A stretch of 64,000 nt of DNA, taken from the NCBI GenBank assembly GCA_963662615.2, contig CAXXSR010000002.1, positions 352,001 to 416,000 of the forward strand. The letters are read 5' to 3'. This document shows positions 47,644-60,515 of this stretch, piece after piece. Below the pieces are notes generated by a model that ran no database searches, was not told where the DNA came from, and saw nothing but the letters and a program-made list of their open reading frames with translations. The translations under genes and the position numbers were made by a program. Source of the stretch: Dehalococcoidia bacterium. GTDB taxonomy: Bacteria; Chloroflexota; Dehalococcoidia; Bin125. Position 1 is the stretch's first letter. Each line of letters opens with the position of its first letter.

Positions 47644-48380
47644 CAGCGATTCCAGTCGGCGGGCCGGCGGCGAGATCGCGGTGAACGCGGGCCGTCCACG
47701 GCCACGAGCCCCGTCTCCGCTTGCCCGGCGGGGCAGAGGTCCAGGAGCGGGCAGGCGGCGCAGAGAGGCCGCTTCTTGCAGCGCTGCTTGGCGTGGACCA
47801 CGAAGAGCGAATGGTACTCGGCGAAGAACGACGGTTCGCCCGGCAGGGCCTCAAGGAACGCCGCGCGCAGCCGCTCGTAGGGGGCGTCCTCTTCAATCAG
47901 CTCCAGGCGACGGAGGATGCGCCGGGTGTAGGCGTCGATGATGAAGGTGCGGCGGCGCCCGGCGTAAAGGCAGACGGCATCGGCGGTCTCCGGCCCAAAG
48001 CCGTGCGTAGCCAGCAGGAGCGGGCGAAGGTCGTGGAGAGGACGGGCGAGCAAGGCGCCCAAGTCACCTTCGGTCTCGGCGGAGAGCATCTCCACGAACG
48101 CCTTCAGCTTGCGCGCCTTGCTGTTGAAGAACCCCGACGGCCGGATCAGCTCCGCGAGGCGCGCCTCCGGCGCCGCCCGAAGCGCCTGGACGTCCAGCAT
48201 GCCGGCGTCGCGCAGGTTGTCCAGCGCCTTGCGGGCCCCGGTCCAGGCCGTGTTCTGCACCAGGATCGCTCCGACGATCATCTCTAGCTCGCTGCCGGCC
48301 GGCCACCAGGACTGGGGCCCGTAGGCATCTTTGAGGCGGGCGTGGAGGTCACGCAGCGCCGACGGGGAGAGGCGCGACAC
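47643..48380 (-). CDS. HhH-GPD endonuclease III-related DNA glycosylase
   Basis: WWP, GAILVQNT.W, RPSGF, G.GPETAD, DAYT.R, C-x6-C-x2-C-x5-C [4Fe-4S] motif. Confidence 0.9.
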   Translation of the reverse strand: MSRLSPSALRDLHARLKDAYGPQSWWPAGSELEMIVGAILVQNTAWTGARKALDNLRDAGMLDVQALRAAPEARLAELIRPSGFFNSKARKLKAFVEMLSAETEGDLGALLARPLHDLRPLLLATHGFGPETADAVCLYAGRRRTFIIDAYTRRILRRLELIEEDAPYERLRAAFLEALPGEPSFFAEYHSLFVVHAKQRCKKRPLCAACPLLDLCPAGQAETGLVAVDGPRSPRSRRRPADWNR

Positions 48381-48441
48381 GCGACTGCGCTGGTGGCTCC
48401 GAGGCCGCTGTGCGGCCCCCTGCACGCCTACGGCCACGCTC

Positions 48442-48951
48442 TCACTCCGCCCACTTGGGGATGGTGGCGGCAACGGAGTCGTAGAAGGACACGTAGGGCT
48501 TGACGTCCAGCACGGGCGTGCCGTTTACCACGTCCAGCCCCGCGACCGTGACCACATTGCCTTTGATGGCCTCCAGCGGCACAATGCTGACCGCCACGGG
48601 GTTGGGGCGGTGCGCCGTCCGTGTCGCGAAGACCCCCACCTCAGGAGACGTTTCGTCGCCGCTGGGCCGGATGCGCAGGAGGGCGCGCCCACCGTCCTCC
48701 ACGCGGTCGAGCCAGGCCAGCACGAAAATGTGGCTGAAACCGTCCAGCCCGTCCAGAGCGGGGACGAACTCGTCGCGGAAGAGCAGCTCGGAGCGGACCT
48801 GCGCCCACATGCGCCCGCCGGTGTCGTGAACGGCGTTGCGGACCACGGCCACCGGCGTGAGGTCGCCGATCAGATCGGGCAGGGCACGCAGGGCCTCCTC
48901 GCGTGCCTCCTTGACGCTGCGGAGATGGAGCTTCTCGCGCCAGGTGACCAC
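48442..48951 (-). CDS. tsaA: tRNA m6t6A37 methyltransferase TrmO/TsaA family
   Basis: LDGFSH, GVFATR..HRPNP, GLD...GTPVLDVKPY. Confidence 0.9.
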   Translation of the reverse strand: MVTWREKLHLRSVKEAREEALRALPDLIGDLTPVAVVRNAVHDTGGRMWAQVRSELLFRDEFVPALDGLDGFSHIFVLAWLDRVEDGGRALLRIRPSGDETSPEVGVFATRTAHRPNPVAVSIVPLEAIKGNVVTVAGLDVVNGTPVLDVKPYVSFYDSVAATIPKWAE

Positions 48952-48964
48952 CGGACACCGCCTC

Positions 48965-49454
48965 TCAGCCGCGTCCGCCCTTGCGGGAATTGCACGACCG
49001 GCACAGCGTCTGCAGGTTCTCCAGGGTCATTTGGCCACCCTTACACTCCGGCACGATGTGATCGAGGGTCAGATCATCCTGGCTGCCGCAGCGACAACAG
49101 CGGAAGGCGTCCCGCTTAAAGACGCGCCAGCGCAGCTTGTTCGGAATTGCTTGCTTCCTGGCCCCGGGCGCCGGGCGCCGGCCGCCGCCCGCCTTCCCGG
49201 AGCAGGCTGGGGTGCGGCGCGCTGGGGAGCGCCATGCAGCGTAGCACCGCCCGCCCCAGCTCCAGCAGCGGCGGCTCGATCGCGGAGGGCTGCGGCCGCG
49301 AGCGGCCGGCGGCCAAACGGCGCTCATACACCTCGATGGCATTCATGCATGCATACGTCTCTTCGCCGAACTCCTCATAGAGGAGCGCGCGCAGCGTCGC
49401 CAGCGCGGGGCTCGACGAACTGGTTTCGGCGCCAGTGTGGGTCCATGCCGGCAT
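48965..49454 (-). pseudogene. HNH endonuclease gene frameshifted by a 7-bp tandem duplication
   Basis: C-terminal IP..LR..VF.RD...CxxC...LDHIVP...GG.....NL..LC..CN..KG; N-terminal frame starts at ATG 49454 (AAGGAG RBS); removing one CCGGGCG copy (49164-49177) joins the two frames. Confidence 0.8.
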
Positions 49455-49537
49455 ACAGCCTGTCTCCTTGTCCCTTGGTCCGGACTCGGCTTGCGCGGCA
49501 GAGCGCCCGAAGAGCCGCCGCGGCCGGCCGGCGATAA

Positions 49538-51664
<2,127 letters not shown>

Positions 51665-51689
51665 CCGTCCTTCCGTCCAGGGGAGGACG

Positions 51690-52134
51690 ATGCCCAGCCT
51701 CTTCGTTGAGAGCGACGCCGCCGATCCCGCCCCCTTCCGCTTCAAAGGCGATCCGGTTGACCTCCTGGCGCTGCTCTCCTTCGGCGTGGCGGAGCCGTTC
51801 GGTTCCCACCATCCCCTCACGGAATTGGTGCGGCGGCTGAAACGGGAGCACGGCATTGACGTGGCGCCGCTGTTGACCTTCTACGACCGTGAGGTGGAGG
51901 AGCCGCTGGACGCTACGAACCTGGAGGCGGCCTGGCAGGATGCGACGGCGTTGCGCGACGGCGTTGCGCGACTGCGTCATTGCCGTCCGGTCCGCCCTTG
52001 CCAAGGACCGCGATTGCGTGGCGCTCCTGGCCGACTTCCCCGCGATTCCTGATCTGCTGGCGCAATTGCAGAGCATGGCCGCCGCGGTGGCGGAGCGGCA
52101 GGGGCGGATCCGCATCTCCTTCCGTCTGCGCTAG
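51690..52134 (+). pseudogene. Hypothetical protein frameshifted by a 13-bp tandem duplication
   Basis: GCGACGGCGTTGC x2 at 51942-51967; deleting one copy joins ORF 51690 to ORF 51889-52134 (...WQDATALRDCVIAVRS...RIRISFRLR*). GGAGG RBS before ATG. Confidence 0.8.
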
Positions 52135-52178
52135 GGGCCCGCGGGCGCGGGCCTCGCCGGCTTCGCTACGCTGGGCTC

Positions 52179-52928
52179 ATGCGTGCTACGACACGCCCCA
52201 CGTCGGCGCCACCCCCCTTCTGCCGGGCCAACGCTGTGCCGCCGCGGCTGCGGCGTTGGTGGCTGGGTCTGCCGCGGCTGGCGCTGCAAGAGACCGCTGC
52301 CTTTCTTCTCCCCTCGCTGCTGCCGCTCCGCCCCAGCGACCGCCTCCTCCTGGTGGGCGCCAGCATGCAGGCGCTGCCGGCAGCGCTGCAGTCCCGAATT
52401 CCGCTCGAGACGACGCCTATCGGCTTCGACTGGGAGCCTGGGCCAGCACGACTTGCGGGCACCGGCGGTGTTGCTCTCGCACGCGCGCACCCCTCGGCGC
52501 TCCCATTCCGCGACGCCCACTTCACCATCGTCGTCGTGGGTCATCAGATCCGCGCCTGGGACGATGCGCTGCTGCTGCGCTTCCTCAGCGAGACGTGGCG
52601 CGTGCTGACCCATAACGGCATCGTGGTGCTGTGGGAGGTGGCGCCGTCACGGTCGGCACGCATCAACGCGATCTGGGGGCGGCTCCTCGCGGGCGGCGCC
52701 CATCCCGTGCGCCTGCGCAGCTTCGCTGAGATCGGCGGCCTGGGCCGCGAGGCGGGCTTCGCCTGGCTGCAGACGCTCCGGCTGCGGCCGTTCCTGTGGC
52801 CGCCGGGCCCCCGCATCACGGTCATGATGCGGAAGGAACGCTACGACGCCGAAACCGTGAAGCTGGAACCGGGCGCCACGCCGCTCTATGCGCCGGATCG
52901 GCCCGCCAGAGACGACTCAGCGCCATAG
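52179..52928 (+). CDS. Class I SAM-dependent methyltransferase-like protein (degenerate motif I)
   Basis: LLLVG...ALPF.D..F..V......E..RVL...G pattern. Confidence 0.6.
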   Translation: MRATTRPTSAPPPFCRANAVPPRLRRWWLGLPRLALQETAAFLLPSLLPLRPSDRLLLVGASMQALPAALQSRIPLETTPIGFDWEPGPARLAGTGGVALARAHPSALPFRDAHFTIVVVGHQIRAWDDALLLRFLSETWRVLTHNGIVVLWEVAPSRSARINAIWGRLLAGGAHPVRLRSFAEIGGLGREAGFAWLQTLRLRPFLWPPGPRITVMMRKERYDAETVKLEPGATPLYAPDRPARDDSAP

Positions 52929-53536
52929 AGGTGGTGGCTGCGGATATAGGCCAGCGCCGCCGCCGGCACGGCGTATCCCACATCCTCTCCCGCGCCGAGC
53001 TGATCCCGGAGCGTGGTGGCGCTGATCCCGATGGGCGCCATCTCCACCCAGTCGATTGCCGCGGCGAGTCCGGGAACGAGTGTGTCGAGCCGCCCGGGCT
53101 CGACGGCGTAGTCGGGCCGCGCGATCACCGCCAGCCGCGCCAGTTGCAGCAGTCGTTGCGGTTCACGCCAGTGGGCGAGGTCGAAGAGAGTATCGCTGCC
53201 CACAATGAGCCAGATCTGCTGCTGCCCATGTTCGTGCAGCGTGGCCAGCGTCTCAACGGTGTAGGAGGGCCCTTCGCGGCGCACCTCCATATCGGAGACG
53301 GCGAAGCCCTCCTCTCCCGCGACCGCCGCTCGCACCATGGCAAGCCGGTGTCGCGCCGGCGTCACGGGGCGCCCCCGCTTGCGCCACGGATCGCCCGCGG
53401 GCACGAACAGCACCAGGTCCAGCGCTTGCGCCGTCCGAGCAGCGCGCGCCATCGCCAGGTGGGCCTGATGGATGGGATCGAACGTGCCCCCCAGCACCCC
53501 CAGCCGCCGCCTGCCCCTCAGCTCTCCCACAGCCAC
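52886..53536 (-). CDS. nadD: Nicotinate-nucleotide adenylyltransferase
   Basis: GGTFDPIH.AH, SYTVETL, IVGSD, W, ISAT..R. Confidence 0.96.
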   Translation of the reverse strand: MAVGELRGRRRLGVLGGTFDPIHQAHLAMARAARTAQALDLVLFVPAGDPWRKRGRPVTPARHRLAMVRAAVAGEEGFAVSDMEVRREGPSYTVETLATLHEHGQQQIWLIVGSDTLFDLAHWREPQRLLQLARLAVIARPDYAVEPGRLDTLVPGLAAAIDWVEMAPIGISATTLRDQLGAGEDVGYAVPAAALAYIRSHHLYGAESSLAGRSGA

Positions 53537-54792
53537 TCCGCCTCACCGACGCGCACCGCGTGGCCGGGCTGAACGCCCGCCTTGCGAAGGGCGGCGCCGA
53601 CGCCACGGCGGTCGAGCCACCGATGGACCTCCTGCCGGGCCTCCACGTCATCCAGATCCATCATCTCCACGAAGGTCTCCAGACGCTCACCGCGTACACG
53701 GAAGATGCCCGTGCCCTCTCGTTCAATGCTGAACCGTCGCCGCTTCGCCGGCGGCCGCAGGACCGACAGCTCACGTGGCTGCGCCGCCTCGCGCGCGCGC
53801 TGATCCCGCAGGTCGCGGAGGCACCGTTTCGCCAGCGCCTCCGCGCCTTCGCCCGACAGGGCCGAGAGAAACAGCGGCGTCACGCCCCGTGCCGCGAATG
53901 CCGCCGCCAACTCATCCTGCCGGGCCGCAACGTCCGCCCGGTCGATTTTGTTGATCACCACGATCTGCGGCTTGCGCGCCATCTCATCCGAATACGCTGC
54001 GAGCTCCCGGTTGATGCTGTCGTGCGCGGCGAGGGGGGCCTCGCCGCTCCCATCGAGGAGGTGGACCACGAGCCGGGTGCGGCTCACGTGGCGCAAGAAC
54101 GCATGCCCCAGGCCTGCGCCCGCCGACGCCCCTTCGGTCAGTCCGGGCAGGTCGGCAAGGACGAACTCCTCCCAGCCCACGGCGGCAACACCCAAGTTCG
54201 GCTCCAGCGTCGTGAAGGGGTAGGCCCCCACGCGCGGCCTGGCGGCGCTCAGCCGCCGCAGCAACGTGGACTTGCCCGCGTTCGGCAGGCCCACCAGGCC
54301 CACGTCGGCAATGAGGCGCAGTTCCAGCAGCGCCCGCATCACGGCGCCGCGGTGCCCCCGCTGCGCGATCCGCGGGGCCCGGTTCGATGCACTCTTGAAG
54401 AAGGTGTTGCCGCAACCACCGCGTCCGCCTTGGGCGATGAGGATGCCGGCGCCGTCTTCGTCCAGATCTGCAAGCTGGCCGTCCGGCTTGCCCCGCTCGC
54501 CCAGGGCCACAACCACGGTGCCGGTGGGCACCTCAAGGATGAGGTCCTCACCGTCCCGGCCGCGCCGCTTCTTGCTCGCTCCGTGCCGGCCGTCCTCCGC
54601 CTGAAAGATCCGCTGGCGCCGGTAGCGGTTCAGCGTGTTGGGTTGCGTCCTCGCAACGACGATGACGTGGCCTCCGCGCCCGCCGGCGCCGCCGTCGGGG
54701 CCACCGAGGGGCACGAACTTTTCCCGCCGGAATGAGACGGCGCCGTTCCCGCCGGCGCCGCCACGCGTCTCAATGGTGACCTGATCGATCAT
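53518..54792 (-). CDS. obgE: GTPase ObgE
   Basis: FRREKFVP.GGPDGG, GLPNAGKST, YPFTT, DLPG, NKID, C-terminal DUF1967-like region. Confidence 0.97.
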   Translation of the reverse strand: MIDQVTIETRGGAGGNGAVSFRREKFVPLGGPDGGAGGRGGHVIVVARTQPNTLNRYRRQRIFQAEDGRHGASKKRRGRDGEDLILEVPTGTVVVALGERGKPDGQLADLDEDGAGILIAQGGRGGCGNTFFKSASNRAPRIAQRGHRGAVMRALLELRLIADVGLVGLPNAGKSTLLRRLSAARPRVGAYPFTTLEPNLGVAAVGWEEFVLADLPGLTEGASAGAGLGHAFLRHVSRTRLVVHLLDGSGEAPLAAHDSINRELAAYSDEMARKPQIVVINKIDRADVAARQDELAAAFAARGVTPLFLSALSGEGAEALAKRCLRDLRDQRAREAAQPRELSVLRPPAKRRRFSIEREGTGIFRVRGERLETFVEMMDLDDVEARQEVHRWLDRRGVGAALRKAGVQPGHAVRVGEAEWLWES

Positions 54793-54859
54793 GCCTTGAG
54801 TATATGTGCGCCCCGAATCCTTGCTCTCCACGAGGCGATGATCAGGTAGAGCGCAAGTA

Positions 54860-55150
54860 TGAGCCTGTAATTAGGGGTCGTAGTCGTCGGGGAGTGGAAA
54901 GCGGGGAGAGCGGGGACAGATAGCTGGTTCCAGAAGGAGCTTGTCGGACTAGTGTGCACCGGAAGAGGGGGGTGGCGCTCGGGTAGTCGGGGAGCCGTGT
55001 GGAGGAACGGACCGCCGCGGCGCAAGGCCGCCGCAAAAGCAACGGGGCCCGCGGTCGCACTGGAAGCTGCACGACCTGCTACCGCGCGAGACAAGTTATC
55101 CCCGTATCGGGGGTGTTCTCCACACGTGAGCGGGTGGTTATCCACAGTTG
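54860..55150. other. Chromosomal replication origin (oriC)
   Basis: Directly downstream of dnaA; boxes TTATCCACA (55138-55146), TTCTCCACA (55116-55124), TTATCCCCG (55096-55104), TGTGGAGGA (54998-55006); degenerate boxes followed by trinucleotide repeats at 54866-54920; gene strand bias flips near here. Confidence 0.82.
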
Positions 55151-55173
55151 GGAGTTGGGCGCAGAGGTAGCGG

Positions 55174-56562
<1,389 letters not shown>

Positions 56563-56860
56563 GGGTGCGCTGGTTCCCTACGAATGCTGACGCGATGCCC
56601 GGCCCTTCGCCCTCGCCCCCGCCACGCAGCGGGCCGGGCTCTTTAAGACAAGGGTGGAAGGGACCGTTTCTTTCTCTGGACGGAGACGGGACCGTGCGAG
56701 AATAGGCACGCCCGTTCGCGGCTGACAAGAGGGTTGTAGACGGGTTACTCGGGCCGCACGCAGATTGGGGCGCGCGCCGAGGGACGCCGAGCGGCCGGTC
56801 CCGGCGCCGGAGCCGTATACTCCGCCCCGCGACGATGGGGTGGGCGGGAGGGCTCGGCAG

Positions 56861-57637
56861 ATGCTGCTGGCGGTGGATATTGGCAACACCACGATCCAGG
56901 CCGGCCTCTTCTCGGATGGAGAGCTCCGCTCCACCTGGCGGCTGGCCACTGACCATGACCGCCTGGCCGACGAATATGGCGTCCTGCTTGCCGCCCTGCT
57001 GCGGGCGGAGGCGCAGCCGGTGGAGGAGGTTGACGGGGCGATTATCAGCTCCGTCGTGCCGCCGCTGGTGCCGGTCCTGCAGGAGGTCTGTCGTCGCTAT
57101 TTTCAGACGGAGCCGCTGGTGGTGGGACGGGGCTTGCGTACCGGGCTGCGCATCCGCTACGAGCCTCCCGACGCGGTGGGAGCGGACCGCATTGCCGACG
57201 CCGTGGCCGCCCTTCAGCGCCACGGCCCGCCGCCCCTCATTGTGGTGGACTTCGGCACGGCCACGGTGTTCGACGCCATTGACGCCAACGGCGACTACGT
57301 GGGTGGCGCCATCAGTCCCGGCGTGGGGGTGGCCGCGCAGGCGCTGTTCGAGCGGGCCTCGCGGCTGGCGCGCGTGGACTTGGTGCGTCCGGCCACGGCG
57401 ATCGGCCGCACCACGGAGGCGGCCGTGCAGTCCGGCATCCTGTTCGGGTATGTGGGGCTGGTGGAGGGCGTCGTGAGCCGCTTCAAGGCGGAGCTGGGAG
57501 GCGGCCGCGTGGTAGCGACGGGCGGCTGGGCCCGGCGCATCGCGGATGAAACGAGCGTGCTGGACGTCGTGGATGCCGACCTCACGCTCCACGGACTGCA
57601 ACTGCTCTACGCCATGAACGCTGAAGGGACGCCATGA
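56861..57637 (+). CDS. coaX: Type III pantothenate kinase
   Basis: LAVDIGNT, SSVVP, VGADR, VDFGTAT, GGAI.PG, ATGG, LTL.GL. Confidence 0.95.
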   Translation: MLLAVDIGNTTIQAGLFSDGELRSTWRLATDHDRLADEYGVLLAALLRAEAQPVEEVDGAIISSVVPPLVPVLQEVCRRYFQTEPLVVGRGLRTGLRIRYEPPDAVGADRIADAVAALQRHGPPPLIVVDFGTATVFDAIDANGDYVGGAISPGVGVAAQALFERASRLARVDLVRPATAIGRTTEAAVQSGILFGYVGLVEGVVSRFKAELGGGRVVATGGWARRIADETSVLDVVDADLTLHGLQLLYAMNAEGTP

Positions 57638-58863
57638 TGACGGGGGGGGAGAGCGCGGTTCCCCAGCCGGCGCCGCTGCGGGAGCGGCGGATCGTGCTGG
57701 GCGTGACCGGCTCCATTGCGGCGTACCGGGCCTTTGAAGTCGCCCGGCGGCTGGAGGAGGCCGGGGCGACCGTGGACGTGGCCCTGACCCGGAACGGAGC
57801 CCGCTTCGCCCCCGCCTTGACGTTCCGGAACTTGGTGGGTGGCACGGTCACGGACGACATGTGGGAGGACGACGCGGAGGCGGAGTTCCACGTGGAGCTG
57901 GGCCGCAGGGCGGACGCGATGGTGATCGCCCCGGCCAGCGCGACGTCGATCGCCAAACTGGCGTTGGGCATCGGCGATTCACCGGTAACGCTGACGGCGC
58001 TGGCGACCAGCGCGCCCATCGCCGTGGCTCCGGCCATGGACGCGCAGATGTTCGCGCACCCCGCCGTGCGAGCGAACCTGGAGACGCTGCAGGCGCGCGC
58101 GGTGTTGATTGTGGGCCCCGTGGTGGGCCGCTTGGCCAGCGGGCGCGAAGGGCTGGGCCGCCTGGTTGAACCGGAAGAGATCGTGGGCGCGGTTCGGGCG
58201 ATGTTGGGTCGCCGCAACGGCGATCTCCGCAGCCGCCACCTCCTTGTCACGGCGGGCGGCACACGCGAGGCGGTCGATCCGGTGCGCTATGTGGGCAACC
58301 GCTCCAGCGGCAAGATGGGCTTTGCGCTGGCCGCGGCCGCCCGCGATCGCGGCGCCGCCGTCACGCTCATCACCACGCAGCCGCCGCCGCCGCTGTTCGG
58401 TGTGGTCGTGGAGCCCGTGGAGAGCGCGGCGGAGATGAAGGCCGCCGTCGATCAGCGGCTGTCCGGGGCCGACGCCCTCCTCATGGCCGCGGCCGTGGCG
58501 GACTACCGCCCCTCGCAGCCGGCCGATCAGAAGATCAAACGGACGGGCGACGGCGCCGCGCTCACAATCGAGCTGGAGGAGAGCCCAGACATCCTTGGGT
58601 CCGCGCAGGGGCGCGCTCTTCGAGTGGGTTTCGCGGCGGAGACGGAGGACCTCCTGACTCACGCTGCCGCCAAGCTGAAGGCCAAGAAGCTCGATCTCCT
58701 TGTCGCCAACGATGTCAGCGCGTCGGATGCGGGCTTCGGAGCGGAGACCAACCGCGTGGTCCTCATCGACCGCGCGGGCGAGCAGGAAGCGTTGCCGCTC
58801 CTCCACAAGTACGACGTGGCGCAGCGGGTGCTGGACCGCGTGGTGGGCTTGCTGCGCCGCTAG
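57634..58863 (+). CDS. coaBC: Bifunctional phosphopantothenoylcysteine decarboxylase/synthase
   Basis: GVTGSIAAY, APAS, TAGGT.E..DPVRY..NRSSGKMG, AAVADY, VGFAAET, ANDV. Confidence 0.95.
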   Translation: MMTGGESAVPQPAPLRERRIVLGVTGSIAAYRAFEVARRLEEAGATVDVALTRNGARFAPALTFRNLVGGTVTDDMWEDDAEAEFHVELGRRADAMVIAPASATSIAKLALGIGDSPVTLTALATSAPIAVAPAMDAQMFAHPAVRANLETLQARAVLIVGPVVGRLASGREGLGRLVEPEEIVGAVRAMLGRRNGDLRSRHLLVTAGGTREAVDPVRYVGNRSSGKMGFALAAAARDRGAAVTLITTQPPPPLFGVVVEPVESAAEMKAAVDQRLSGADALLMAAAVADYRPSQPADQKIKRTGDGAALTIELEESPDILGSAQGRALRVGFAAETEDLLTHAAAKLKAKKLDLLVANDVSASDAGFGAETNRVVLIDRAGEQEALPLLHKYDVAQRVLDRVVGLLRR

Positions 58864-60353
58864 GAAGCGCCGGCCCGCCCCAGCGCGAAACGGATCAGGG
58901 TGCGCACCGGAACGCCCGTGGCGCCCTTGACGGTGGCGCCGCTGTCCTTTTCGGCATCGTCGGTTCCCGCCATATCCAGGTGCACCCAGGGAGTGTCCTC
59001 TACGAACTTGGCTAGGAACTTGGCGGCGGTGATGGCGCCTCCGTAGCGCCCTCCCGTGTTCTTCACGTCCGCCACGCTGCTCTTAATGGCCTCGTCGTAC
59101 TCCTCGAACATGGGCAACGCCCAGATCTTCTCGCCCGCCCGCTTTCCGGCCGTGCGGATCTCGTCGCCCAATTCATCGTCATTGGTCATCAGCCCGGTCG
59201 TGATCGTGCCCAGCGCGACGGCGCAGGCGCCGGTGAGGGTGGCCACGTCGATCAGCGGCGAAAGCTCCAGGCGGTTCGCATAGGCGAGCGCGTCGGCGAG
59301 GATCAGCCGCCCCTCCGCGTCCGTGTTGATCACCTCAATGGTCTTGCCGTTCATGGCGGTGAGCACGTCGCCGGGCTTGATCGCGCCGCCGCCCGGCATG
59401 TTCTCCGTTGCCGGGACGATGGCGGTGACGTTGATCGGTGCGCCCAGGCGCGCCAGCGCGCCCACCGCGGCGATGACGGCCGCACCGCCGCTCATGTCCT
59501 GCTTCATGGCGCCCATGTTGTTGGCGGGCTTAATGGAGATGCCGCCCGAGTCGAAGGTGACCCCCTTGCCAACGAAGCCCAGTGCCGGCGCGGCGCCACC
59601 GCGATGGCGCAGGATGATGAACTTGGCCGGCTCATGCGATCCCTTCGCGACCCCCAGGTAGGCGCCCATCCCCAGCTTCGCGGCGTCCGCCTCCTCCAGG
59701 AGTTCGTACTCCAGACCCGTTTCCTCGGCCAGCGTTTGGGCGCGTCCCGCGAACTCCGTGGGCGTAAGGACGTTGCTGGGCTCGTTGGCGAGGTCGCGGG
59801 CGAAGTTGGTGGCGTCGGCGAGGACGGCGCCCGTGGCGATGCCGCGCTTGAGCTTGGCCGCGTGGGCGCCAAGGACGGTGACGCCGGTCACGTTGCGCGG
59901 CGGCTGCGACGGAGTGAGATGCCGGTCGAAGCGGTACAGCCCCAGGAGGACGCCCTCCGTCACCGCCTCTGCCACCGCCTCCTCGTCGAGTCCGGCGAGG
60001 GGGTCGCCACTCACGGCGATGGCAAGATTCCCGTCCGCGAAGCTGCGAGCGCGCCGCGCCGCGCCGGCGGTGGCGTTGCGGATCGTATCCAGGCTCAAGG
60101 CGGCGGGCTCGCCCAGTCCCGCGATCAGGACCCGCTTCATGGGCGCTTTCCCCAGCGCATGCACCGCGACGATCTCGTCACGCTTGCCGGTTAGTTCGCC
60201 GTCCGCTGCCAGCGCGCTGAAGGCGCCGTCGAAGGCGGCGTCGAGTTCGCCCACCGCGCCGCGCGCGCTTGGCGCGTCGCTGCGGACGGCGAAGATGATG
60301 ACGTTGTCGGCAGTGTTGCTGGCAGGAGAGCCGGTGGCGGCCTCGATCTGCAT
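58860..60353 (-). CDS. pepA: Leucyl aminopeptidase (M17)
   Basis: VGKGVTFDSGG.SIK, MK.DMSG, ENMP, NTDAEGRL.LAD, ATLTGA; GGAGG RBS. Confidence 0.96.
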   Translation of the reverse strand: MQIEAATGSPASNTADNVIIFAVRSDAPSARGAVGELDAAFDGAFSALAADGELTGKRDEIVAVHALGKAPMKRVLIAGLGEPAALSLDTIRNATAGAARRARSFADGNLAIAVSGDPLAGLDEEAVAEAVTEGVLLGLYRFDRHLTPSQPPRNVTGVTVLGAHAAKLKRGIATGAVLADATNFARDLANEPSNVLTPTEFAGRAQTLAEETGLEYELLEEADAAKLGMGAYLGVAKGSHEPAKFIILRHRGGAAPALGFVGKGVTFDSGGISIKPANNMGAMKQDMSGGAAVIAAVGALARLGAPINVTAIVPATENMPGGGAIKPGDVLTAMNGKTIEVINTDAEGRLILADALAYANRLELSPLIDVATLTGACAVALGTITTGLMTNDDELGDEIRTAGKRAGEKIWALPMFEEYDEAIKSSVADVKNTGGRYGGAITAAKFLAKFVEDTPWVHLDMAGTDDAEKDSGATVKGATGVPVRTLIRFALGRAGAS

Positions 60354-60515
60354 CGCGCCCTCCTCGTCGGCGGGCCGGCCGGACGCTCGCGCGCGCCGCC
60401 CCCGGACAACCCCTGATGGCCGGGGGCGATGGTAGCACGCGCTCCAGCGCGGCCTGCCCGCCATCGCGCCGTTGGGCGCTTGGACCGGCATACCCCCGGC
60501 GGTACCGTGAAAGTG

